Shown here one piece after another: positions 41,654 to 50,517 of a stretch of 64,000 nt of DNA. The notes below the pieces were generated by a model. It was not told where the DNA came from, did no database searches, and worked only from the letters and a program-made list of their open reading frames with translations. The DNA comes from Capsulimonadaceae bacterium (GTDB lineage: Bacteria; Armatimonadota; Armatimonadia; Armatimonadales; Capsulimonadaceae). The stretch covers positions 4,800,001 to 4,864,000 of the forward strand of contig OZ244065.1 of the NCBI GenBank assembly GCA_965215505.1. The letters run 5' to 3'. The number at the start of each line of letters is the position of its first letter. Position 1 is the first letter of the stretch. The position numbers and the translations under genes were made by a program.

Positions 41654-42085
41654 ATGAACATGAGAATCCCTAACCGGTCCCGGCGCGGCTTCACCCTGAT
41701 CGAGATGCTGGTCGTCATCCTGATCCTTGCGATCCTGGCGGCCCTGATCATCCCGCGCCTCATCGGACGCACCAGCGACGCCAAGATCGCGAAGTCCAAG
41801 GCCGACATCTCGACTCTCAGCAGCTCCTTGCAGGAGTACCGGCTGGACAACGACCGCTACCCGACCACCGAGGAGGGCCTGAACGCCCTGCGCGTCCGGC
41901 CCAGCAGCGCGCGCGGCTGGAAGGGGCCGTACACCACCAAGGACATCCCGATGGACGCCTGGGGCAACCCCTACGTCTACCAGTCCCCCGGCCCCGACGG
42001 GCAGGACTTCCTGGTCACCTCCTACGGGGCCGACGGGGCGCCGGGCGGCGAGAACGACGCCGCCGACATCACCAGTGACCAATGA
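41654..42085 (+). CDS. gspG: Major pseudopilin GspG
   Basis: GFTLIEMLVV; YRLDNDRYPTTEEGLNAL, WKGPY, DAWGNPY, SYGADG. Confidence 0.95.
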   Translation: MNMRIPNRSRRGFTLIEMLVVILILAILAALIIPRLIGRTSDAKIAKSKADISTLSSSLQEYRLDNDRYPTTEEGLNALRVRPSSARGWKGPYTTKDIPMDAWGNPYVYQSPGPDGQDFLVTSYGADGAPGGENDAADITSDQ

Positions 42086-42614
42086 ACCGCTCCCGAAGCG
42101 TCCGGGCTACACGCTGATCGAGCTGATCGTCGTCCTGTTCGTCCTCCTGCTGATGACGACTGCCGTCGTGCCGCGCGTCATCGCCCTGCAAAAGACGCGC
42201 CGCCTCAAAGACGTGGAGGCGCGCGTCATCCGCCTCCCCGCCGAGGCCCGGAACGAGGCGGTGCGGACCGGGAAGCCGGTTCGGTTGCGCGTGGAAGGTG
42301 CCGATATGGTCCTGGACCGGGTGCCGCTGAACGGCTCGCCCGAAGAGGTCAAGCGCGTCCCGCTCGGGGCGGGCATTCAGGTAGACGCCGTGGAGCAGGA
42401 CAGTCGGCCCGCCAATACCGGGTCTTGGCAATGGACGGTCTACCCCGATGGCACCGCCGAGGCGGGCGGCATCGAGTTCACCGAAGGCGCGGCCCGGAAG
42501 TCCCTGGCGCTGTCCTCCGACGGCGGCTCCCAATGGGTGCTTGGGGACCTGCCGGACGCCACGCCGGAAAGCTGGCCCGCCGGTCGGCTCCAGCAGCGGA
42601 CTTCAGGCGGCTAG
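42075..42614 (+). CDS. gspH: Minor pseudopilin GspH-like
   Basis: GYTLIELIVV; ARNEAV and YPDG motifs; position in the operon. Confidence 0.8.
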   Translation: MTNEPLPKRPGYTLIELIVVLFVLLLMTTAVVPRVIALQKTRRLKDVEARVIRLPAEARNEAVRTGKPVRLRVEGADMVLDRVPLNGSPEEVKRVPLGAGIQVDAVEQDSRPANTGSWQWTVYPDGTAEAGGIEFTEGAARKSLALSSDGGSQWVLGDLPDATPESWPAGRLQQRTSGG

Positions 42615-42628
42615 GAAGGTTCATCCCG

Positions 42629-43024
42629 TTGAAACGCGGCTTCACGCTGATCGAGGTGCTGGTGACGGTCGTACTCGTGTCCGTCGCGGTCGTCGGCGTT
42701 CTGGGCGGCATCCGCTCCATCCAGGCCGCCGGGGCGCGGGCGCGGGACGCCGACCTCATGCAGAAATTGGTGGCCGAGAAGGTGGGGGACATCCGCCTGC
42801 TCTCGGACCCGACCACGGGCGGGAACGCGGGCGACTTCTCCGACCGGGGCCACGCCGAGATCACCTGGACGGCGGATGTCGAGACGACCGCGACCACCGA
42901 CATGGACAAGGTGACGGTCACGGCGACGCGCGGCGGCCAGTCGCAGGCCTTGACCACGCTGGTGTTCGTCCGCCCGTCCGGGGGGTCGTCTTCGGGATCG
43001 TCGGCGGGGGGCCTGTCGCCATGA
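42629..43024 (+). CDS. gspI: Minor pseudopilin GspI-like
   Basis: TTG start after AGGAAGG; KRGFTLIEVLV; position in the operon. Confidence 0.8.
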   Translation: MKRGFTLIEVLVTVVLVSVAVVGVLGGIRSIQAAGARARDADLMQKLVAEKVGDIRLLSDPTTGGNAGDFSDRGHAEITWTADVETTATTDMDKVTVTATRGGQSQALTTLVFVRPSGGSSSGSSAGGLSP

Positions 43025-43845
43025 ACTCTCCCGTGAAACGGCGGCGGGGCGTGACCCTCATCGAGCTGCTCATCGTCCTGGTCATCACGGCGATCCTGGC
43101 CTCGGCCATCGGGTACGCCTTCACCGCCGAGCTGACCATGCAGCGAATCGAAGAAAGCCGCCGGGCGGACATGGACCGGAGCGACGCGACCGAGCGGCGC
43201 ATCGCGCGGCTGCTGCAAGGGGCGAAGCTGCTCGGCCTCGCCGTCCCCGGCGCGGTCCCCATCCCGACCGCAGCGGGGGCCTCGCCGGCCACGGCGACCG
43301 CGGTCGCCGCCGCCGGTCAGACCACCTACTTCGAAGGGCTGACCGAGGGCGGCGCGAGCGACCTGGGCAGCGACCGGCTGACTTTCACCACGACGGCCCC
43401 GGCCCTGCCGCTGGCCGCACTCGACGGCACGGACGACTTCGAGACGCAGCAGGGGGCGCGCGGGCCGGTCGGCGGCCTGGCCGAAGTCTCCCTGAGCGTG
43501 ACGGCCGTGGGCGATCCGGGCGGGCGCGTCGGCCTGTTCGAGCGCATCCAGCGGCCCAGCGACGCGGATCCGACGCAGGGCGGGACCGAGTCCCTCATAG
43601 ACGCGCGGATCGCGCGCGTCGGCTTCCAGTTCTGGGACGGGGCGCAGTGGGACACGTCCTGGGACGCCGGCACCCCCCCCCGTCTGCCCCAGGCTGTCCG
43701 CGTCAGCTACACGCTGCGGGGCCACCTGGACAGCGACGTCCGCGTCTTCGACGTGCCCATCCCCGCCAGCGATGTGGACGCACAGGCACCGCAGGCCACT
43801 AGTGCAGACGCGGCATCGCCGCAGGGCGCGGGGGCCGGCCAATGA
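43021..43845 (+). CDS. gspJ: Minor pseudopilin GspJ-like
   Basis: RRGVTLIELLIV; FWDGAQWDTSWD...LPQAVRV. Confidence 0.85.
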   Translation: MNSPVKRRRGVTLIELLIVLVITAILASAIGYAFTAELTMQRIEESRRADMDRSDATERRIARLLQGAKLLGLAVPGAVPIPTAAGASPATATAVAAAGQTTYFEGLTEGGASDLGSDRLTFTTTAPALPLAALDGTDDFETQQGARGPVGGLAEVSLSVTAVGDPGGRVGLFERIQRPSDADPTQGGTESLIDARIARVGFQFWDGAQWDTSWDAGTPPRLPQAVRVSYTLRGHLDSDVRVFDVPIPASDVDAQAPQATSADAASPQGAGAGQ

Positions 43846-43858
43846 AAAGAACGCGGCG

Positions 43859-45097
43859 ATGAAAAGAATGCGGCGCGGATACATCTTGGTGCAGGCCCTC
43901 GTCGTCATCGCCGGGCTGCTGGCCCTCATGGCGATGCTGGCCGCCGACCAGCGCACCTCCAACCAGGGGGTGCAGGACCGCCTGCGCCTGCGCCGGGCCG
44001 AGGACGCCGATGATGCCGCCGTCGCCCGCGCGCTGGCCGCCGTGCAGGCCGCCGACACCAGTGTCGTCACCGTGAACGACGACTGGGCCTTGGTGGGCGA
44101 CGGGGGCGGCGAGGAGTTCGACCTGGGCGACGCCACCTTCCGGGTGCAGCTCGTTGACGCCGGGGCGCTCGTCAACCTCAACAGCGCGCCCTCCGCCCAG
44201 CTTGAGCGCCTGCCGGTCACGCAGGAGCAGGTCCACTGCCTGCTCGACTGGCGCGAGCCGCAGTCACAGCCCCAGCCGGACGGCGCGAAGGACAACTACT
44301 ACAACGAGCTGCCGACGCCTTACAATGCCAAGCTCGGCCCGCTCGCCGCCGTGGATGAGCTGCTGCTGGTGAAGGGCTGGACCGGCCAGACTCTCTACCA
44401 GGCCCCCCCCTCGGCGGCCTCGGGCGACCTGCTGACCGACGCCGACGGGACCTCCCTGCCGCTGGCCTCTCTGTTCACCGTAGACAACGGGACGCCGAAC
44501 ACGCGGGCGGACGGCACGGCGCGCATCAACCTGGGACAGCCCGGCGCGGACCCCGAAACCCTGACGCGGGCGGGCGTCAACCCTCAGCTCGCCATGCAGG
44601 TCGCCTCGGGCGCTCCCTACACGTCTTTCAGCGCCCTGCTCGCGCTGCCGGGCATGGAAGCGCAGTCGGCCGGGGCGCTGCTGGACGTGGCGACGTTCAC
44701 GAGCGAGAAAAGGGTCGAAGGGAAGATCAATCTGAACACAGCCCCCCAGGCCGTCCTGCGGACCCTCCCGGACATGACGCCCGGCATCGCCTCGTCCATC
44801 GTGTCCAAGCAGTCATCAGGGTTTCACAAACTGAGCGAGTTGGCCGACCTGCGCGGCGTGGACCTGCCCCGCCTGACGAAGCTGGCCGACAGCTTCACCG
44901 TCGGCAGCGACACCTGGATCGTCCGCGCTTATGGCCGCAGCGGCGGGGTCGGCGTCCCCGTCGAGGCGGTCATCGGGGTGCGCGAGGGCCGCGCCGTGGT
45001 GCTGACGTGGACGCGGCTGAACACGACCGGCATCCCCCTCTGGTGGGGCTGGCCTTCGCAGACGACCTCAACGGCACAGGCGGGGGACGCGCCGTGA
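43859..45097 (+). CDS. gspK: Minor pseudopilin GspK-like
   Basis: RRGYILVQAL (lacks E5, as in GspK); VNLN, LLDWR, DELLLVKG and KINLNTA motifs. Confidence 0.88.
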   Translation: MKRMRRGYILVQALVVIAGLLALMAMLAADQRTSNQGVQDRLRLRRAEDADDAAVARALAAVQAADTSVVTVNDDWALVGDGGGEEFDLGDATFRVQLVDAGALVNLNSAPSAQLERLPVTQEQVHCLLDWREPQSQPQPDGAKDNYYNELPTPYNAKLGPLAAVDELLLVKGWTGQTLYQAPPSAASGDLLTDADGTSLPLASLFTVDNGTPNTRADGTARINLGQPGADPETLTRAGVNPQLAMQVASGAPYTSFSALLALPGMEAQSAGALLDVATFTSEKRVEGKINLNTAPQAVLRTLPDMTPGIASSIVSKQSSGFHKLSELADLRGVDLPRLTKLADSFTVGSDTWIVRAYGRSGGVGVPVEAVIGVREGRAVVLTWTRLNTTGIPLWWGWPSQTTSTAQAGDAP

Positions 45098-45121
45098 GGA
45101 CGACCACATGAGAATGACCAG

Positions 45122-46453
45122 ATGAGAGTAAGCAAAATCCTTCAGTCCCCCGTCCACGTCGAGTGGACGCCGGGCGGCGTCCGCGCGGTCAACATCGCGA
45201 CCCGCGAGACCGCGCAGGGCCTCCGGCTGTCCGACATCGGGCCGATCCTGAACGGGCACGGGCACCCGCTGGTCGGGGTCGGGCGGCGCGACGTGTTCCT
45301 GAAATCGGTGCGCCTGCCCAAAGCGGACCCGGAGGACCTGCGGCGCATCCTGGGAGTCCAGCTCGGCCAGCTCTTCCCGCTGCCGCCGGACCAGCTTTCG
45401 TTTGACTTCTTCCAGACCGCCGACCAGACCGCCGAGGGCTGGCTCACCGTCATCGCCGCCATGCGCGGGGAGGACCTGAAGCGGCTCCAGGCCGACCTCA
45501 AGGCGGCGGGCCTGACGCCCGCCCGCATCCTCCCGGTCGCCCTGGCCGCGCCCGCCGTGGCGGCAAGCGCGGGCAAGGCGGACGCCCTCGTCCTCGAATC
45601 CGGCGCGGCCGGGCTGGCACTGGACGTGGTGCGGGGCGGGGTACTCGTCTTCAGCCGGGTCGTCCCCGGCGCGTCCGACCCGGAGTGCGAGGCGACGCGC
45701 ACCCTGGCCGCCGCCCAGGCCGGGGCGCTGCCGGTCGTGACGGCGGGCGAGGCCGTCGCCGGGTCCGCCCTGGCGGGCGCGCTGCCCGGCTTCGGCACGT
45801 CCCTCAGCCTGCTGCACGAAGCGCCGCCGTTCTCCTTCCGGCTGGCCGAGGACCGCGCGCGGGACCTGAAGAGCCTGGCCGGGGACCGGACGCGGCTGGC
45901 CATCCTCCTGATGCTGTCCGCCCTGCTGCTGGTCGCCCTGGTCTGGGCGGACCGCCAGCAGGCCGCGGCGGCGGCCAAGAAGCGCCAGGGCGTCCTGGCC
46001 CGGCAGCTCACCGTCCTGCGGTCCACCCAGGACGCCGCCGCCGCCGAGGCCCAGAAGGTCTACGGCGTCCAGGACGTGCTGGGCCGCGCCTTCGGCCCCG
46101 CCCAGCCGCTCGGCGACATCGTCTCGGTGGTCGGCGACGGCCTGCCGCCCGGCACCTGGCTGACCGGGCTGGGCGTCGAGCGCGGCAAGCCTCTCCAGAT
46201 CCGGGGCACGGCGACCTCGCCCGGCGACGTGCCGCGCATCGTCCACGCCCTGGGCGCAAGCCCCCGGTTCCGGGACGTCCGGCTGGTCTTCGCCAACAGC
46301 GTCACGATCGGCAAGGCGAAGCTCGTGGAGTTCGACGTGAGCGCCGTCTGCGTCGGCAACCTGCCCCTGTCCGAGCCGGACAAGGCCGGCGGGGTGAACG
46401 CGAGCGCCGGGCAGGCTTCGGGCGACACGGCCGCCCCCGCACCGGGAGAATAG
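45122..46453 (+). CDS. GspL-like / PilM-PilN-like assembly protein
   Basis: Cytoplasmic actin-like region, one TM, coiled coil and a PilN-like domain (LPPGTWLTGL...IRGTA...SPRFRDVRL). Confidence 0.75.
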   Translation: MRVSKILQSPVHVEWTPGGVRAVNIATRETAQGLRLSDIGPILNGHGHPLVGVGRRDVFLKSVRLPKADPEDLRRILGVQLGQLFPLPPDQLSFDFFQTADQTAEGWLTVIAAMRGEDLKRLQADLKAAGLTPARILPVALAAPAVAASAGKADALVLESGAAGLALDVVRGGVLVFSRVVPGASDPECEATRTLAAAQAGALPVVTAGEAVAGSALAGALPGFGTSLSLLHEAPPFSFRLAEDRARDLKSLAGDRTRLAILLMLSALLLVALVWADRQQAAAAAKKRQGVLARQLTVLRSTQDAAAAEAQKVYGVQDVLGRAFGPAQPLGDIVSVVGDGLPPGTWLTGLGVERGKPLQIRGTATSPGDVPRIVHALGASPRFRDVRLVFANSVTIGKAKLVEFDVSAVCVGNLPLSEPDKAGGVNASAGQASGDTAAPAPGE

Positions 46454-46465
46454 GAACAGCCACGA

Positions 46466-47062
46466 ATGATCAGTTTCCAGCGGCGTGAAGACGTCGTGCC
46501 CAGCGTCCTGATGATCCTCTCCCTCCTCGTCCTGGCGGGGACGCTGGCCTACATGCTCCTGGTCCCGAAGCCCAGCGCGGCGGCCGGGGCGCGGGCCTCC
46601 ACCAGCAGCCGCCGGAGGATGGTGGACGACATCGCCGACACCCGCAGGCAGACGCGCCTGGCGCGGGCCGCTGTCCAGCCGCGTCTCTGGCACGGCGACC
46701 CCGAGGCCGTCACGGCGACCGTTCTGTCCCATCTCACCGCCCAGACCGGGCACCGCGCCCTGAAGCTGGCCGCCTTCCGCCCCGACCGCCCGCGCGCCTT
46801 TGAACAGGTGACCGAGCTGCGGTTCGACGCCCAGGTGTCCGGGCCTTATGCGGGCCTCCACTCGCTCCTGGACGGCCTGGACGCGGCCGACAGCAAGGTG
46901 GTCCTGCGCTCGGTCCAGATCACCCTGTCCCAGACGGCGGGCAACACGGTGGCGGCGACCCTGGGCCTGTCGGCCTTCGTCGCGACCGGCCCCGCGCTCT
47001 CGGAACCCCCCGCCGGTGCCACCGCCCAGGAAGTACCGGAGAAGGGAGGCGGACGTGGCTAA
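46466..47062 (+). CDS. GspM/PilO-like protein
   Basis: N-terminal TM, coiled coil and VSGPYAGLHSLL ferredoxin-like motif; position in the operon. Confidence 0.7.
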   Translation: MISFQRREDVVPSVLMILSLLVLAGTLAYMLLVPKPSAAAGARASTSSRRRMVDDIADTRRQTRLARAAVQPRLWHGDPEAVTATVLSHLTAQTGHRALKLAAFRPDRPRAFEQVTELRFDAQVSGPYAGLHSLLDGLDAADSKVVLRSVQITLSQTAGNTVAATLGLSAFVATGPALSEPPAGATAQEVPEKGGGRG

Positions 47063-47669
47063 GATCAGCCGGCCCGCCGTCTATACCGCCGTGGCCGCCG
47101 TCGCCGTCTACGCGGTCGTCCTGCTGACGCAGCCGGACGCGCCCGCCCCGGCCCACAAGAAGCACCCCGCGCGGCGCGCGCGGGCCGACGCGGACGCCTT
47201 TACGGCCGCCGACCTGTCGGCGCACTTCGCCCGCTACCTCGGCAGCAAGCGCAACCCGTTCCTGTCCAAGCTGCCCGCCGCCAAGCCCCCGCCCGGTGCT
47301 GGCGAGCGCGGCGAGTGGAACCTGACCGGCATCAACATCATCAACGGCGTCCCGAACGCGCTTGTCGAGAACAGCGCGACCGGCGACAGCGTGTTCCTGA
47401 AGCCCGGCGACCGCTGGCGCGGCCTGCGCGTGATCTCCATCGGGACCGACGCCGTCGCCTTCCTGAACGCCCTGGGCCAGCAGACGCACCTCGCCTTCCG
47501 CCCGCTCGAAGCCGTCCCGCCCGCGCCGGGCGGCCGCGAGCCGGGCGGCGGCTTCCACCTCCAGGGCCTCGGCACCGTCGCGCCGCTCGCCCCGATGCCG
47601 GTCGGCCACCTGCGCTCGATCCCGGTCCTGCCGCCTTTGTCCTCGCCCCCCGGCATGCAAGGAAGATAA
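47055..47669 (+). CDS. GspC/PilP-like protein
   Basis: GTG after GGAGG; N-terminal TM; RNPF, LTGI...ALVE...LKPGD...VISI. Confidence 0.7.
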   Translation: MAKISRPAVYTAVAAVAVYAVVLLTQPDAPAPAHKKHPARRARADADAFTAADLSAHFARYLGSKRNPFLSKLPAAKPPPGAGERGEWNLTGINIINGVPNALVENSATGDSVFLKPGDRWRGLRVISIGTDAVAFLNALGQQTHLAFRPLEAVPPAPGGREPGGGFHLQGLGTVAPLAPMPVGHLRSIPVLPPLSSPPGMQGR

Positions 47670-47675
47670 CACACT

Positions 47676-50408
47676 ATGAAGTCATTCCGCTATTGGACGA
47701 TCCTGCTTGCCCTGGCCGCCATCGCCGCCGGGACGGAGGGCGACGCCCCGCCCGCGTCCGCCCAGACCGCCCCGGCCGCCGCGCCCGCCGCGGACCCTGC
47801 GCCGCCGCCGGCCCCCCCGCCCACCGCGGACCCTGCGCCGCCGCCGGCCCCCCCGCCCACCGTCACCGTGACCGTCACTCCGGCTGCCCCGGCGGCAACG
47901 CCCGCCGCGACGCCCGCGCCTGCCGCCGCCCCGGCGACGACCCCGCCCGCGACTCTCCCGCCCGCCCCGGTCATGGTGCGCCAGCCTTACCGGCCCGCCG
48001 TGAAGGCCGTCCCCAAAAAGGTGGTCCCCAAGCCCAAAAAGCCCGCCGTCAAGAAGGCCGCAAAGCCCATCCCCAAGCCGCCGCCCCCGTGGACGACCTT
48101 CAACCTCAACCCGAACACGCGCGTCAAGCTGGACTTCCGCAACGCCAACGTGGACGCCGTGATCCACTTCTTGAGCCAGGCCAGCGGCATCGCCATCATC
48201 AAGGACCCCGCGCTGGCCGGGGGCGTGACACTCCAGAGCCCCAAGCCGCAGTCGCTCAACGAGGCCTTCGCGCTGTTCGACGCCCTGCTGCATCTGAAGA
48301 ACTACGAGATCACCAAGGAAGGAAACTTCCTGCTGGTCGCGGCCCGCACGCCCGGCGGCGCGGGCGCTCCCGCCGGCGCGTCCGTCGCCGGGAAACCGGG
48401 CGGGATGCCCATGATGGGTGTGCAGGGAGGCCCCCCCGGCGGCATGCCTGGAGGAATGCCCCCAGGCGGGATGCCCGGTGGGATGCCGGGCGGCATGCCC
48501 CCCGGCGCGATGCCGGGCGGACCCGGAAAGCCCGGCGGGCCGGCCAGCACGGAGCCGGTGCTGAAGGTCTACCTCATCCACTTCGCCAGCGCCACCGAGG
48601 TCGCCCGCGTCGTCACCGAGGTGTTCGGGGCCGCCGCCCCGCCGGCGAACCCGTTCTTCCAGCCGCAAGGCCCCCCCGCGCCGACGGGGAACAAGCCGGT
48701 CATCAAGGCCTCCGCCGAGGACTACAGCAACTCGGTGGTCGTCTACGCGCCCGCCGCCCAGCAGGCCGACATCGCCCTCTTCATCGCCCAGATCGACAAG
48801 GCCTCGGACGAGCCGCAGATCCCGCGCGTCTTCAAACTCCAGTTCGCGCTGGCTTCGGACCTCGCGACCGTCATCCAGGGAGTCCTGAACGACAGCGCCC
48901 CACTGGGCCGGGGTGGGTCCACGACGGCCAAAAAAGACCAGAACCGCAACCAGAACTTCTTCTTCTTCGGCGGGTCGGACAACTCGCAGAACAAGAACGG
49001 GACGGTCATCGCCGACTCGCGCACCAACTCGCTCGTCGTCACCGCGACGGTCGAGAACCTGGACCACATCGCGACCGTGCTGAAAGAGCTGGACCAGCCC
49101 GCCGCCTTCCAAAGCACGACCTGGGTGTATGCCTTCAAGAACGCCCGCGCCGACGTGGTCGCGAACCTGCTCAATCAGTCCTTCGGCAACAAGACCACGA
49201 ACGGCCCCGTCGGCGGGTCGCTGACGAATACCGGCCTGAACCAGAGCAGCGGCAGCCAGGTCGGGCAGACCAGCGGGAACGGCGGCAGCAGCCAGCCGCC
49301 CTCCCTCCAGGGCAACAATGGCAACGGCAACAACGGCAATTTCAACAACGGCAACGGCAACCCGCGCCAGGACAGCGGCCAGTTCGGTTCGAACGGCTCC
49401 AGCCCCGCGACGACCGGGTTTGACAGCCAGGGCCGCGTCGTCAACGTCCGCAGCCTGGTCGGGCTAGTCCTGCTGGTGCCGAACATCGACACCAACAGCG
49501 TCATCGTCGTCTCGCCGCCCGAGGACCGGCCCGTCGTCCAGTCTATTCTGGAGCAGATGGACGAGATCCCCAAGCAGGTGATGATCGAAACCCTGGTCGT
49601 CGAGGCCAACTTGGACAAGGCGCACCAGCTCGGCATCGAGTTCAGCGGGACCCAGAACAACCCCTTCGGCGGCTTCCACGGCACCCAGACCGAGTCGCAA
49701 AACTTCGGGCTGCAAGCCAACACGGCCCAGCCGCAGGGCCTCCGCTACACCCTGGGGGCGGGGCAGTACCAGGTCTTCCTCAACGCCGTCCAGACCGACT
49801 CGCGGTTCAACGTCCTGAGTACGCCGCGCATCTTCACGACCAACAACGCGACCGCCCAGATCAACATCAGCCAGAGCCTCCCCTATGTCACCAACCAGAC
49901 CGTGACCACGACCGGGACCATCCTCTACAACTACAACTTCCTGAGCGTCGGCATCGTCCTGACCGTCACCCCGCGCATCACCTCCAACGGCTATGTGACC
50001 ATGGACGTCACCCAGACCGCCAACGACTTCGTCAGCTACACCAGCTTCAACGCCCCCATCGTCAACCAGCGCGAGGCGCAGACGACCGTGAGCGTCAAGG
50101 ACGGCGAAACGGTGGTCCTGGGCGGCATCATCAACAACTCGGTCTCGCGGACGGTCAACAAGATCCCGTTCCTGGGCGACCTCCCTATCGTCGGCAACCT
50201 GTTCCGGTCCACCAGCAAGACCGACAACAAGACCGAACTCCTGGTCTTCCTGACCCCCCACGTCGTCCGCGACCCGACCGAAGCGCGCCGCCTCCGCACC
50301 CAGACCGAGCAGGAACTCGGCAAGACCACCCAGCAGATGATCCCCCCCGCCCAGAAGCCATTGGGCGGGGAGAAGGCGGACATGGTGGGCGGAGACGGGC
50401 TGAAATAG
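47676..50408 (+). CDS. gspD: Secretin GspD with long low-complexity inserts
   Basis: LDFRNANV N0 domain, three N-domains (ADSRTNSLVV), QVMIETLVVE, LSTPRI, VKDGETVVLGG, KIPFLGDLPIVGNLFR, ELLVFLTP. Confidence 0.93.
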   Translation: MKSFRYWTILLALAAIAAGTEGDAPPASAQTAPAAAPAADPAPPPAPPPTADPAPPPAPPPTVTVTVTPAAPAATPAATPAPAAAPATTPPATLPPAPVMVRQPYRPAVKAVPKKVVPKPKKPAVKKAAKPIPKPPPPWTTFNLNPNTRVKLDFRNANVDAVIHFLSQASGIAIIKDPALAGGVTLQSPKPQSLNEAFALFDALLHLKNYEITKEGNFLLVAARTPGGAGAPAGASVAGKPGGMPMMGVQGGPPGGMPGGMPPGGMPGGMPGGMPPGAMPGGPGKPGGPASTEPVLKVYLIHFASATEVARVVTEVFGAAAPPANPFFQPQGPPAPTGNKPVIKASAEDYSNSVVVYAPAAQQADIALFIAQIDKASDEPQIPRVFKLQFALASDLATVIQGVLNDSAPLGRGGSTTAKKDQNRNQNFFFFGGSDNSQNKNGTVIADSRTNSLVVTATVENLDHIATVLKELDQPAAFQSTTWVYAFKNARADVVANLLNQSFGNKTTNGPVGGSLTNTGLNQSSGSQVGQTSGNGGSSQPPSLQGNNGNGNNGNFNNGNGNPRQDSGQFGSNGSSPATTGFDSQGRVVNVRSLVGLVLLVPNIDTNSVIVVSPPEDRPVVQSILEQMDEIPKQVMIETLVVEANLDKAHQLGIEFSGTQNNPFGGFHGTQTESQNFGLQANTAQPQGLRYTLGAGQYQVFLNAVQTDSRFNVLSTPRIFTTNNATAQINISQSLPYVTNQTVTTTGTILYNYNFLSVGIVLTVTPRITSNGYVTMDVTQTANDFVSYTSFNAPIVNQREAQTTVSVKDGETVVLGGIINNSVSRTVNKIPFLGDLPIVGNLFRSTSKTDNKTELLVFLTPHVVRDPTEARRLRTQTEQELGKTTQQMIPPAQKPLGGEKADMVGGDGLK
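47788..47859 (+). repeat. Exact 36-bp tandem duplication in gspD (ADPAPPPAPPPT twice)
   Basis: ccgcggaccctgcgccgccgccggcccccccgccca at 47788-47823 and 47824-47859. Confidence 0.9.
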
Positions 50409-50436
50409 GCTGGCAGAGGTCGGGCAGCGGAAGAAG

Positions 50437-50512
50437 AGGGTAGGGGTGAACCCTACCCTTACGTCCTGCCTTGTAGGGGCGCCGCTTGCCGCGCCCTCTT
50501 CTCTTGCCGCGC
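50437..50512. repeat. Hairpin and GTAG REP between the convergent gspD and HNH genes
   Basis: agggtagggg-tgaa-ccctaccct (50437-50459); gtaggggcgccgcttgccgcgccct (50473-50497) followed by a partial repeat cttgccgcgccc. Confidence 0.8.
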
Positions 50513-50517
50513 CCCCC

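Noticed and set aside
48395-48540. Periodic repeats in gspD as a possible CRISPR array
   Set aside because: They are in-frame coding repeats (PGGM) with no unique spacers, and no cas genes are present.
38756-50408. Type IV pilus rather than type II secretion
   Set aside because: The GspG-specific C-terminal motifs, a GspK-like gene and the G-H-I-J-K order, with no PilT, fit T2SS better.
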